NCBI GenBank assembly: GCA_965240325.2
Contig: OZ251241.1
Location: forward strand, 1,240,001 to 1,304,000
Length of the DNA stretch: 64,000 nt
Source of the DNA: Rebecca billardiae RCC1528
Lineage: Eukaryota; Protista; Haptophyta
Direction: 5' to 3'
Part shown: in pieces, positions 1 through 10,881 of the stretch
Layout of the letters: each line of letters begins with the position of its first letter
How positions within the stretch are numbered: position 1 is the stretch's first letter
Position numbers and translations under genes: made by a program
Notes under the pieces: generated by a model
The model's database searches: none
Told to the model about the DNA's origin: nothing
What the model saw: only the letters and a program-made list of their open reading frames with translations

Positions 1-1
1 C

Positions 2-1204
2 CACGACCTCGTCGACGTCCTGGGGGTGGTCGACGCGCTCCGGCAGGGCGGGCCCGGGCGGCCCAAGCCGCCGGCGCACTCGGTGCGGTACCAGGGCGAC
101 GCGCCGTGGAGCAAGGTCGATCCGGTCCTCATCCTGCCGCTCGCCTCCGTCAACCACCGGCGCATACGCACGCAGCCGCGCGTGGTGCCGACGCGCGCGC
201 CGGGCGCCGCAGCGGCCAGCGGCGCAGCCGGAGTGGCGGGCGCGAGCGGCGCCGGCGCGGGCGGCGCGAGCGGCGGCGGGGGGAGCGGGACCGCGTGCTC
301 GCGCACGACCGGCGGTGGTGCCGACCCCGCCCCCGGGGCCGCGTGCTCCGCCGCAGAGGGGCGGCGAGGGCTGCCAATCGACCCGCTGCCACACCTTCCG
401 CCGCTCACCGAGGACGAGCAGGTGCGCGCGCACATGCAGACGCTGCTGCACGCGTACACGAACAAGCCGCTGAACGCCGCGGACGCGCTGGTGCGCACGT
501 ACGCTCAGGTCGCCGTGGGCGGCGCGTGCATCTGCCTCCGGCTCGTCCTCGGCGAGCGCGACGCGTGCGACCGGCCGTTTGGGCTCTGGCTGCTCGTGCA
601 GGGCGCGCTGTGGCTGGGCGGTGTGGCGCTCCAGCTGCTCTCGTCCTCGTCGGTCGCGAATCGTGATCCGGTGCACCTGATGCGCTTCCCGCTCGAGGCG
701 GGGGCGTGCGAGTTTGTGCTCGACGGCACGCGCGTGCTCCTCCTGCTCCCGCTGATGTGCGTCTGGTGGCTCGTCGGCGCAGTGTGGGCGCTGCCAGTCG
801 GCAACGCGCCGGTAGACCCGAGTGTGGTCCCGGTAGGTGGGGGCGACATTGTGTGCGACGGAGCGCTCACGCCGCTGTGGTTGGCTACCGTCACTGCCCT
901 GGCGGTCGGCGTGCTGCACGCGTGCCTCACCGTCACAGCCGTGCTCGTGCGGCTGTCCCGCCCGAGGGGTGAGCGGCAGCCGCGGGGCCGGGGGCGCGCG
1001 CGCAAGCCAATGTCGCGTCGCGGACGATTGCGGCGCGTAGACGCGATGGACTCGTCCGGAGAGGAGTCGGACGGCTCGGCGGGTTGGGCTGGCAGCTGGG
1101 ATGCGGCGGCGGGCGAAAGCGACCGTGACTTCATGATGCCGTCGCACGGTCCGCCGCCTCACTCGCCTGCCACCGCCGCCAGCGGAGGCGGCACGGGGGT
1201 CTGA
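2..1204 (+). CDS. Multi-pass membrane protein, 5'-partial, resembling the TM region of plant-type TM RING E3 ligases
   Basis: Frame is open from the window edge. About 4 hydrophobic helices with CDRPFGLWLLVQG and VWWLVGAVW motifs. No RING finger before the stop at 1204. Confidence 0.6.
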   Translation, partial: HDLVDVLGVVDALRQGGPGRPKPPAHSVRYQGDAPWSKVDPVLILPLASVNHRRIRTQPRVVPTRAPGAAAASGAAGVAGASGAGAGGASGGGGSGTACSRTTGGGADPAPGAACSAAEGRRGLPIDPLPHLPPLTEDEQVRAHMQTLLHAYTNKPLNAADALVRTYAQVAVGGACICLRLVLGERDACDRPFGLWLLVQGALWLGGVALQLLSSSSVANRDPVHLMRFPLEAGACEFVLDGTRVLLLLPLMCVWWLVGAVWALPVGNAPVDPSVVPVGGGDIVCDGALTPLWLATVTALAVGVLHACLTVTAVLVRLSRPRGERQPRGRGRARKPMSRRGRLRRVDAMDSSGEESDGSAGWAGSWDAAAGESDRDFMMPSHGPPPHSPATAASGGGTGV

Positions 1205-1543
1205 GAAACGACGCCGAATCCGAGCTGGCCGGAGTGGCCGCCGAGTGGCGAACCGCGCGCGAGTGTCATCTATCGGACAACTCCGATTCCGACGTCGTAT
1301 AGTCCGTCGTCCGATATATAATGGACGATGATGATGATGATTAATAATAATATATATAATCCGGCGGCACATAAGTAGTTAATCAGTAGTAGATATATGT
1401 TAGAGCAGGACAGATACGATTGCACTCGATACAGCACGTGTGGGCTGCAGTCCGCCTGGATCGACCCCGCTGAGACGGCGGCGCTCCATCCGTGAGCGCC
1501 GGCGGCCGTTCACATGTCAATGCGTCGCAACCAACGGGCGCGC

Positions 1544-2075
1544 GCTGAAACCGATCACTCCGGGGCCAACCTTCCGAGACTCCACTGAGCTTCGGACTCT
1601 GCGGTTGTCCGGACCGTTCCGTGCAGCGCGCCCTCAATGGCTGTAAGCTTGTCCGTGCGGGTAGACGAGTGTGTACAATCAGCTCGTAGTGCATCAGTGC
1701 CAGAATACTCTGACACTCCTCCTCACTGAGCACAGCGAGATGCAGTTAGTGTGCTGTACGCGTGTGCGCGGTGTTGTTGCGCGCGATGATGCCGGCGTAC
1801 ATGTCTGTGACCATGTCGACTGTTGTCCCAACCAGTTTGGTCCGTCGAGGTGTTGACGGCGGTATCTCCGACTCGGGTGTATCAACCCGTCCCCCCTTGA
1901 TTCCTTTGCTGAAACCGATCACTCCGGGGCCAACCTTCCGAGACTCCACTGAGCTTCGGACTCTGGTTGTCCGGACCGTTCTGCAGCGCGCCCTCAATGG
2001 CTGTAAGCTTGTCCGTGCGGGTAGACGAGTGTGTACAATCAGCTCGTAGTGCATCAGTGCCAGAATACTCTGACA
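1544..2075 (-). mobile_element. TRIM-like miniature LTR retrotransposon
   Basis: Direct repeats of ~170 bp at 1907-2075 and 1544-1715. Minus-strand LTR runs TGTCAGA...TTTCAGCA. Purine tract TGAGGAGGAG (1716-1725) abuts the 3' LTR. Interior is 191 bp and non-coding. No TSD seen. Confidence 0.75.
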
Positions 2076-4103
2076 GTAGATAGTCGCAGATCGAACTGAA
2101 ATATGAAGTATAGTGTGAGTAATTGAGCCTGACTAGTGACTGTGACTCATCAGCCGTCAATCGTCATCGTCACTGTCACTGACGAGCACGGAGCAGCAGA
2201 CCTGCAGTGGCTGCAGTCGCACTCGCAGACCGGAGGGCAGTCATTCAGGAGCGAGCTTGGCCCGTTGCAGGTGACTCGTCACTTAGTAGCCGCGTCCCGG
2301 CCATAGCACTTAGCAGCGCCAGCGGCTACAGTAGTCAGTGAGTAGTCAGAAGCCTCAGTACTCCCACTTATACGTTCAGATCACTACATAAATTAATAAA
2401 ACGTATTGCGCCGGCATATTAGTTATCATCATCGGCCGCACGGATAAGTCTAATCAGAGTATCACTGATCGCGGATGACAGCCGTCCCGGCGTCCGCGAC
2501 GACGTGATCCGCCGATAGCTGCTATGATGATATGAGATATCTCGGACTTCTCTGGAGCCGAAACTGCGCGCCTCTTCATAATTCTATAATGCACTGGACA
2601 GTGACTGGTTATACTATTAAATAATACTGATGCTAGCAGATGGTAGTAGATTGCATATCGGATGATATATGCCATATGATGACGCACTCGTCATTTGGCA
2701 CGCAGATTCATCAGTGATCAGTCCCACAGGCTTATAATGATATTGTGACGTTAGTAGTAGTACAGTGCGGATGCTCGTATATCGTCGGCCGCGGCGTGGT
2801 GCGCTGAGTGCTGTGCACCGCCAATAGGCGCCATCATAAAGTACGGGGGCACTTTGAAGCCTTTCGCCGGCCAGCTGTCGCGTGTCGGGCTGCCACCCAG
2901 CAGGGCAAGTGCCCGTAGTGCTCGGACGCTGCACTACGTTTACGAGCTCGATCGAGGACTACTGTACAATAGAGATCTATCATTGGCGCATACGGGCTTC
3001 CCCTGCGACGCTGGCAATGGGGAGGGAGACGAATGTACTTGCGCAGCGGGGGGCGCGCGTGGCGCATGCGATGGACGTCGATCGATACAGACGACGAAAC
3101 CTGACCGCCACTCCGGCCGAGCTCCTAGCTGACTTGCACTGGGTATTCACGCCGCGCGTGCGGCCTGTGCAGCGGATGCTAGCCACTCAGCTGCAAAGAG
3201 CCCGCAAGCCGCCAAGCGTGTCACGCACGACTGGCAGGTGAGTAAATTCAGCGCGACGAGTCAGTTGACGCGCCGCAGACCAACGGGCGCAGTACGTAAC
3301 GTCACTACGTACACCGCCTACAACCATCTCGACCGAACCCCCCCCCGCTTGAAGGAGCCGCAAGGCGTGCAGCCGTGCAGTCGCCGCCTGGTGTCATGGG
3401 CACACAACCAGCGACTAGCTAGCAGTAGTAGGGCAGCGGCACTTCACGCCTCTCGGCAGACTCCACCGGATGGCAGCTCACCGGGACCGGATTGCTCGGC
3501 GCGCTGCCGCCGCCGCTGCACCTACGTAGCTGCGATCGCCGCCGAGAGGCGTTGGATCTGGAGGGACTAGGCTGGCTGGCGGCTGTTGGAGGGTAGCTAG
3601 GCGCACCGTACAGGCGTTCAGCGCCCACCAGAGGCGTGCGGGGTGGACGGGCCGCACCGGCAGGCAAGCGCACGTGACTGTTCATATGAGAGTCCTATTC
3701 GATTCGGCGCGATTCCTCGTCGTATTAGTTCACGTTGGCGGTTATCTGAGAGGCAAAGTATGGAATTCCCCTACTTTATGATAGAAGGGGCTCTGGTGAT
3801 CAGACTTGCGGCCTTCGGAAAGCCTCCGGCCCTACCTGGTATATTACCTTTTTTTCTCAACCGGCAGTAACCCCGGTAACCACTTCATTAGCAGCACGAT
3901 AACACAAGTCCCGGTTAGAGGTACAGTTTACCATTGAAGTATATTGATCACTATGTTACTATTCCATACTTCGAACCCATTAACCACAACCGCGAACCAT
4001 CATGGATTCGTGGTTGAGTACCCCCATATGCTAGAGAGTTAGAATGTGATGAAATTGTGGTTCAAGGTGGAAACATTTCCGCCCGCCGGCCGAGCCAAGC
4101 GTC

Positions 4104-5018
4104 ATGAACTCCCGACAGATGACGTACGCAACCCGTTCGATGTCGCCCCACCCCGCGGCAGCACCGGGCGAGAAGCCGAATGGCGGCGAAGCAGTAGCCG
4201 CGGCGGAGGAGCACGAAGACCGCCTGCATCCCCGCTGGAAGGTGAGCGCCGCGGCTCGGCGGGCCCTCGAGCGCTCCTTCCGCATGGAGCACTACCCGCA
4301 GGCCGCGGAGCGCGAGCGCCTCGCTGTGCATTTTGGCACCACGCCGCGTCAGGTGCAGGTGTGGTTCCAGAATCGGCGGGTACGCGAGCAGAAGACGGAG
4401 GTCGAGAACGAACGCAGGCGTCTAGCTGGCCTGGCCGTCGAGGCGTACGCCCGTAATCAGCGCGCGTACGGCATCCCCCTCCAACCGCAGGCCGCGGGCC
4501 CGACGATGCCGAGCAGCGCGCCGACCCTGCTCGACCCAAGTCAAGCGACTTTGCTCAACAACGTCGCGAGCGTGTCCGCGATGCAGCCACCGCCAGGGGT
4601 GCAGCTATTTGCGGCTGCGGCTCCGCCGCCGCCGACCGTGACCGTGTTGGGCGTTGCACCCCGGACGGGCTGGCACTGCGCCGTCGCGAGCGTGCCGCAT
4701 ATGCCCGCTGTGCCGGGCCCGCAACCCAGTTGCAACGCACCGTGCGTGCAGACGACATACTCGCCCTCACCCGCAGGTTTCACGGCGTGGAGCCATGCCG
4801 GCAGCTACTACCACCCTCCAGAGGCACATGTGATGATGCCCATGGCGCCGGCCCTGCACTACACGCATCAGTGTGCGCCGCCACAACCTTGTGAGCAGCC
4901 GGCGAGTGTCCAGCCTCCGTACTCTCAGGGCATGTGGTGCGCGCACCCGAAGCGGGTGGGCTACGTGGGCGCAACCTCGCCCGTTTGCAGCCTTCTGGGC
5001 ATAACGTGCTGGCACTGA
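4104..5018 (+). CDS. Homeodomain transcription factor
   Basis: LERSFRMEHYPQAAERERLAVHFGTTPRQVQVWFQNRR is a canonical homeodomain (WFQNRR), followed by a Pro/Gln/Ala-rich tail. Intronless. Confidence 0.92.
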   Translation: MNSRQMTYATRSMSPHPAAAPGEKPNGGEAVAAAEEHEDRLHPRWKVSAAARRALERSFRMEHYPQAAERERLAVHFGTTPRQVQVWFQNRRVREQKTEVENERRRLAGLAVEAYARNQRAYGIPLQPQAAGPTMPSSAPTLLDPSQATLLNNVASVSAMQPPPGVQLFAAAAPPPPTVTVLGVAPRTGWHCAVASVPHMPAVPGPQPSCNAPCVQTTYSPSPAGFTAWSHAGSYYHPPEAHVMMPMAPALHYTHQCAPPQPCEQPASVQPPYSQGMWCAHPKRVGYVGATSPVCSLLGITCWH

Positions 5019-5095
5019 GCATGCCCCGGCGGCTCTCGGATGCAGACACTACTGACAGAGTGTCACGATAAGTCGCCGGTCACACCGGGCGCCGG

Positions 5096-5260
5096 GCTAT
5101 GCTCCGCATAGTCCATGCCACCCGGCTGACCCCGGGCCCCGCGCTGAACGGCGGCCGACTTCCGGTGTAGTCGACGATCGGGCCGGGGCACTGCCAACGA
5201 CGAATAATCAGGACGGAGAGTGACCTGCGCCGCCCTACCTGTGTCGTTAAATCATCGAAT
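5096..5260 (+). repeat. Dispersed repeat, decayed copy of 9671-9775
   Basis: Shares ggctatgctc...gccgacttc...gtcgacgatcggg...cctacctgtgtcgttaaatcat with 9671-9775, interrupted by small insertions. Confidence 0.8.
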
Positions 5261-5662
5261 GCGTAGATGACTGAGTCCAGTCAGTCAGCTGAGTCCGCTG
5301 CCACGCCACTCGCCAGGCGGTGGCGCCAGCACCGGGCCGCCTGCAGCTGAAATTGAATTCAATAATAATTCACAGTGACTGCTATGCTAAGAAGTCATAT
5401 TATTCAGTGCCCGAGAGGCAGCAGTGTCCGGGTGGCGCCCGAATACTACGCGCATAGAACTTTAGGTACGTAGTTTTTAGCGACGAGAGAGAGCGGGAGA
5501 GACATCCGATGGAGAGAGGCGTCAATGCGTCATCCGGGACTCCGGGAATAACTCTTATATTGATGGTGGCTACGGGTGATGCGGGCTGAGGCCACCGCCG
5601 GGTCACGGGTCCGACGGTCTGACTCACTGTCAAGGTCTACCGACTACTGCGCCCCGCTGATG

Positions 5663-5881
5663 CGTCGTCGTCGTCGTTCGGGCGTCGGCGTCGTCAGCCG
5701 TCGTCGTCGTTGTCATCGTCGCCTCCCTCCTCTCCCTCCTCGCCCTCGCTGTCCTCCTCCTCGCCCTCCTCCTTCTGGCCTCCTCCTCTTCCTCCTCCTC
5801 CCCTTCTCCTCCTCCTCCTCCTCCTATAGAGTATAGTATCACTCAGAATATATATATGTGTATATATATATATATATATAT
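5663..5881. repeat. Compound microsatellite (GTC)n/(CCT)n/(TA)n
   Basis: Directly visible simple repeats. Confidence 0.85.
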
Positions 5882-6225
5882 TACGACTTCATTGGTCGGT
5901 CATCCAAATCTGAAATCACCACTCGGGCAGTCGTTCGTGACGCTGGCGGGGACGTCCGACGTGCCACGTGGGCACCCGCCCGCGGCCTCACGCACCGCGC
6001 GGAGCGGCCGCTAACTGTTCCGACCCCGGCGCCGGCAGCGGCCAGGTAAGTAAGCGCCGGGTCACGCGTCAGATTTGTCCCGGCCGTTGAACGATCTGCA
6101 GGCTCTGGCCGCGCGGGCCGGAACATTAAGCGCTAATAGCTTAGTACGTATTATTATTATTTCTGAGACTGATGCGCTAATTTGATATCTCCGTTTTCAG
6201 ATACTATCAGTGCCGCAAGATTACT

Positions 6226-6258
<33 letters not shown>
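6226..6258. repeat. (CT)n microsatellite
   Basis: Directly visible; abuts the 5' end of the element at 6260. Confidence 0.9.
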
Positions 6259-6259
<1 letters not shown>

Positions 6260-6260
<1 letters not shown>

Positions 6261-7553
6261 GGCCCGCGGTGCAGGGCGGAGCGCGCAGCGTGGAGCCCGC
6301 ACCAGCGGGCCCGAACCACGTTTCAAAAAGATCTTTGATCAAGAAAAAAGGGACGGGGGGCGGCGGAAAAAAAGGGACGGGGGGCGATTTTTAGGGCTGG
6401 CGGAGACCGAGTTTCGAGTTTTTGAGATCGCATTGAGAGGTCTATCAGGCCAAAAAAAACCGCGCCCAGCTGATTCCCTTAAGTAAAGTGCGATCTGGAC
6501 GTCAGCTGGACGTGACATTAGTGTAACGGTTCGTTACGAGCGAATCGTACTCGTCTTCCCGGATCGCGTGACGTCCGGACTGGGCCACATCCGGATCGTC
6601 GGAGGTGACGTGCCCCGGCGGCACGATGGGCGATGGCGGATATGCGGGACGGCGCCTGCACGTGCCTCCGGACCCGCCTCCCGCTTGCTGCTCACGCAGT
6701 CAGCTGCGACCGTGGCGCATGATCGCAGAAGCAGTGCCGGCAGTACGGCCTGCATCAGCTAGTGCCGCGCCGTCGTGGCGCGCGCGGTACGGTTGCGCGT
6801 TTGCAGCGCTCGCCCGGCTCGGCGACGGCACGCGCGTGCGGCTCAGGTGTGTCAAATGCGGTCTCGTCGGCGCGCTTTCGCCTGCCACCTCGTGCACCCG
6901 TGCCGCCAGTTTCATCGTCTTCATGAGGACTGCTGCTGCTGTCGCCATCCGCTCTCCATCACCCCGAGTCGCCGGTCGCGCGGCGCGCGCGGTAGGCACT
7001 AGGCACGGGGCGTACGGTCACTCACCCGTGCAACGGGTCAAGTGGCCAGAGTACGTCTGGTCGTTGGCTGGCACGGGCCGCAGCGCTAAAGCACCCTGCT
7101 GTCACACCCGACTCCTTCAGTACTCCGAGCTCCGCGGCACGACTCACTCGGCACGATCGCGGACGGGTCGGATCCGAGCTGATCAGCCAGAGTTGGACAC
7201 AGTTTGGCAGCTACTAGTAGTAATTCCGATGCCTATGGCACGATCGCGGACGGGTCGGATCCGAGCTGATCAGCCAGTTGGACATTTGGCAGCTAGTTGT
7301 CAGACGGACGTCCGATTTGACGACCGGTGCCGGGTGCGGTCTCAGGTCCGCTGCTGTGATTGTGTGTAGTGTGAATGAGTCTCGCGGTCGCGCAGGCAGG
7401 GCGACGGTCGGACTAATATAGCTTCAGTCATCTCAGAACCGACTTCAACTGGCGAACTGCCACTACGGCGGAGAGCCGCGATTGCACGGCCACCGCGGGC
7501 CCCCAACTGCGTTGATTCTATGCAGAAAAGGACCGCGGAACGCGGTCATATAA
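6260..7553 (+). mobile_element. Non-autonomous Helentron/Helitron2-like element (1.3 kb)
   Basis: 5' GGCCCGCGGTG (6261-6271) pairs with subterminal CACCGCGGGCC (7491-7501). Hairpin GACCGCG-GAA-CGCGGTC (7531-7547) then ATATAA. Both ends are homologous to the element at 48678-53108. Confidence 0.72.
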
Positions 7554-8072
7554 TAAATAAATAGAGTAGTCGCGTACGTGACCGCCCGCTCCGCCGGCAG
7601 TGGCCCGCGCGCCGCGCGCCGCCGGACCTCGCCCTCGGCCCTCGGCCGAGTCCGAGACGGTGCCACGCCCACCGCCCGTCCGCGCCAGGCCCGGGGCCGC
7701 CGGACTCGCGGCCCGAAGTCGCAGCCGCAGGCTAGATACTTGGCCTCATCACTCATGGTCGCATCCCCATGGGCGCCGGCGCCCGGCTGAGTCACTGACA
7801 CTGAGCCAGCGCGCGGCCCGCCGCGCCGCATTGCCGGCCAGGCGCCGGCGCCGGCAGGCCCGCAGGGCCCCGCGGCCGGCGGCCCGCGGGCCCGCGGCGG
7901 CCCGCGCGCGGCCCCGGCGCCGGCCCCGGGGCGGGCGGAGACGCAGAGCTTCGCGACGGTTCGGGCTGCACGATGAAACGGACTTACATTCACTAAGATC
8001 GATGAACGAACACAGCTCAGGCAACCCCACTCTTTCTGCTTGATAGACGAACGAGTAAAAGCTGCAGCAGAC

Positions 8073-8489
8073 TCAATCGCGGCCCGGAGTGACTGCGGCT
8101 TCATCCGCCGCCTCGGCTTGAGTGCGTGCAAGCCGCGCTGCCTTACCAGACTCCCATTTGGCGGCGTAGAAGCGGCCGACATTGTTCACCTCCTTTGAAC
8201 CGACGCCCCGGAATCGGCTGTTCGGGGCATTCACCGGATGGACGGGTAGATCTGGCATTCCCTCTGGCGGATCGAGCCCGGTCTCGCTCACGACCCAGTT
8301 GTCAGTCCCTCGCTCGACGATTGCGACGGTGTCGTTGAGGGTGATGGGCGCGGCCTCCTTGTCCTCGGGACGTGCTGCTTTGAGCCGCGTCAGCCAGAGA
8401 GGGAATTTCGGTTTGAGGCCCTGCACGTCCACGAGCACACTATACTTGTGCGTGGCGGCGACGCGGCCGACGAACCTACGGGCCGCCAT
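8073..8489 (-). CDS. Hypothetical protein, possible S1/OB-like fold
   Basis: Intact ORF of globular composition (FVGRVAATHKYSVLVDVQG...ITLNDTVAIVE). Fold assigned only from the beta-strand pattern. Confidence 0.45.
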   Translation of the reverse strand: MAARRFVGRVAATHKYSVLVDVQGLKPKFPLWLTRLKAARPEDKEAAPITLNDTVAIVERGTDNWVVSETGLDPPEGMPDLPVHPVNAPNSRFRGVGSKEVNNVGRFYAAKWESGKAARLARTQAEAADEAAVTPGRD

Positions 8490-8775
8490 TGATTGATACG
8501 AGCCGCGACCACGAGACCCCTGCGCAGCGCATCCGTCAGCGGCCGGCGATGTCCAGGACTGGACATCGCCCACAACTCACAAGGTGCCCAACCTGCCCGG
8601 ACCTAGTCCAGCCAATTGGCCGCGTCGGATGAACACTGTGTTCCGCTCGGTCCTGGCCGTCAGATAGTGAGATTCACTGCGACTCCGGGGTGACTTATTA
8701 GGCGGACGGCTGACGAACGAATTTTTCCGCCTACTCCGCCTAGTGCCAGTCTGGCCACGTGACAACCCACGAGTC

Positions 8776-9537
8776 ATGCTCGACGCGACCGCCTTGCCTG
8801 AGGGGCTATCGGACGGCGTGCTGCGCCTCTACGACCGCGACGTGCGTGACGTAGAGAAGCGCACCGCCAAAGATGGGTTCTCACGCATGGCGAAGCTCAC
8901 CCTGCCAGGTGGCGCGTGTCTGACGCGAACTGTGGCTCTGTGGCCGACGGCCGTGACGGATGCAGGCCTTGCTTCTCCACAGGGAACCCCCGCCGGTGGC
9001 AGCCGGCGGCGCAAGGGAGGCCGTGGCGCGCCTACTCGTGCTCCCCCGCCGACCGCCCAGCGCGCAGCGCGCAAGCCGGCCCCGCCGGTTCGCCCGCCCG
9101 CCGCGCAGGGCATGGACGCTGAGGTGCTGCAGGCAAACGACGAGCAGCAGCACTCTCAGAAGCGGAAGAAGAAGCCCCGGCGTGGGAAGCGCGGGCAACG
9201 GCGCGACGCCGAGGGCCGACGGATTCGTTCTCCATCGAGCCGTCGCTCCTCGGCGAGCCGCGCCGTCAAGGAACGCCAGGCGCGCAAGGCGGCGCGCCTG
9301 GCGCCGACCGCTGCACCGCCCACGCCAGCCCCTGCTGCCCCCCTCCACGATGACCGAGACTCGCCCCCGGGCGACGACTTGGACGACGAGGAGGCGTCGC
9401 CGCAGCGGGCAAAGCGCACCCTGGACGACGCCGCAGCGCCAGCCGCCGCCAGCCAGCCAGCTGGCTCGAGCAGCAAGCGCGTACGCGACCGCCCGGGGAG
9501 CACGGGGCAGGCTCGACCAGCTGCTACCCGCGGCTGA
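8776..9537 (+). CDS. Hypothetical basic nucleic-acid-binding protein (possible retroelement ORF1/Gag-like)
   Basis: Short ordered N-terminus (LPEGLSDGVLR...KDGFSRMAKLTL), then a disordered basic region with KRKKKPRRGKRGQRR. A dispersed repeat follows at 9671-9775. Confidence 0.45.
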   Translation: MLDATALPEGLSDGVLRLYDRDVRDVEKRTAKDGFSRMAKLTLPGGACLTRTVALWPTAVTDAGLASPQGTPAGGSRRRKGGRGAPTRAPPPTAQRAARKPAPPVRPPAAQGMDAEVLQANDEQQHSQKRKKKPRRGKRGQRRDAEGRRIRSPSSRRSSASRAVKERQARKAARLAPTAAPPTPAPAAPLHDDRDSPPGDDLDDEEASPQRAKRTLDDAAAPAAASQPAGSSSKRVRDRPGSTGQARPAATRG

Positions 9538-9842
9538 GACTGCCAGCTGACATCCGGACCTGCACTTTCGCCCTTGCTCGGGGCACAGCAGGTCCATGCG
9601 AGCCGCGCAGCGCAGGTGGATCGCGCTTCAGCAGCTCAAGGCCGCGCTCAAGCTTTACGATCGCGGTGCAGGCTATGCTCTGCCACCAACGCCGACTTCG
9701 TGTCGACGATCGGGCACTGCCGCCGACGAATCAGGAGACCCGCGTCGTCCTACCTGTGTCGTTAAATCATAGAATATGAGTCTAGGCATATGAGTCTAGG
9801 CTCCTCTGTCCTCACTCCTACTCCTAGTCCGGCGGCGCTACT

Positions 9843-10752
9843 GGCCTGTTTTATTTCTACGAGAGCCCAACGGCGACATTCGCCAAAACCGGGTAAAATG
9901 GCGGCTTGCCCGCTGGTGGTGGGTGCCGGCGCGATTGCGGAGTAGGGATGGCACGTCGTTGGCGCATGTTCGTACTAGGGCGCTGAGCTGTAGCGAAAGG
10001 TGTTGCCAAGGCATGCTGCTTAGCCTTGCCATGGTGCTTCGCCATGACACAGAGGTCACTCGCAGCGCACGGCGGTGTGACGATCGCCGCGCCGCGGCGG
10101 CAAACCGCAGTTGCGGGCGCGCTGCGAGCTGCAAGCACTCTGCCTTGGCTGCGTCGCGCCCGTGTCAGTTGTTGAGCCAGGATTGTTGAACAACCGATGG
10201 GCTGCAAACGATACCAGCTACACTCGCTCCGCCGCCACTTCCTTGTCGAGCGTGAGATGCTTCCGTTGCGTGCGCTCGCATGCAGCTTGCCGCCTGCATT
10301 TGAACGTGGTCACGGCAGGTTGGTGGGCTGGTTGCTCAGGCCTCCTCGGCGTAGATGACGACAGGGTGCGTGCCACGCGCACCCATGACGCGGGAAAGGC
10401 GTGCACACGCGTCCTCGCGCATCTGGCAGGCTGCAGTCTTGGCCAAGATGATGCCAGAACAAGCCTGCCAGTGCCTCGCCGCACGGGCGCGAGCGCGCAG
10501 AGAGATCTGGCTTCTGACCCGTGCTCTTCAGTGTACCTCGTGTGCGACGACGACGAGGCGGACGAGCGCCGCAACTGGATTCCTGCACTCACCGGTCACC
10601 GAGGAGTGCAGGAATCGCATTCCTCGCGCACGCCGGGGCCGCCATCGGTCGTGAGAGGTACACTGAACGGGGCGTGACACCGATTCCCACTGGCGGGCAC
10701 GGGTTTGTCGCCGTGACATAGTAAATGGAATCTGGTAGAAATAAAACAGGCC
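9843..10752. mobile_element. Non-autonomous DNA transposon, 18-bp TIR, 4-bp TSD
   Basis: GGCCTGTTTTATTTCTAC ... GTAGAAATAAAACAGGCC, flanked on both sides by TACT. No transposase recognised. Confidence 0.82.
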
Positions 10753-10814
10753 TACTCCGGCGCATCGGCGACGGCTTCATCACGGGGCGGTTAGACAGTA
10801 GTGGCGGGCGGTCA

Positions 10815-10862
10815 ATCTCGCCTGCCTGAGCTGTGTGCGTCTCTATTATTCTTAGTAAACTG
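10815..10862 (-). repeat. Solo Tc1/mariner-like end (copy 1 of 3)
   Basis: Reverse complement reads ta-CAGTTTACTAAGAATAATAGAGACGCACACAGCTCAGGCAGGCGAG, matching 29841 and 39393. Confidence 0.6.
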
Positions 10863-10881
10863 TAGTAGCAATGGAAGTCGT

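Noticed and set aside
2450-3600. Possible non-LTR retrotransposon remnant
   Set aside because: Only a faint LATQLQRA resemblance; no RT or endonuclease motifs.
9690-9745. Hammerhead ribozyme
   Set aside because: A stem is present but the CUGANGA/GAAA core is not.
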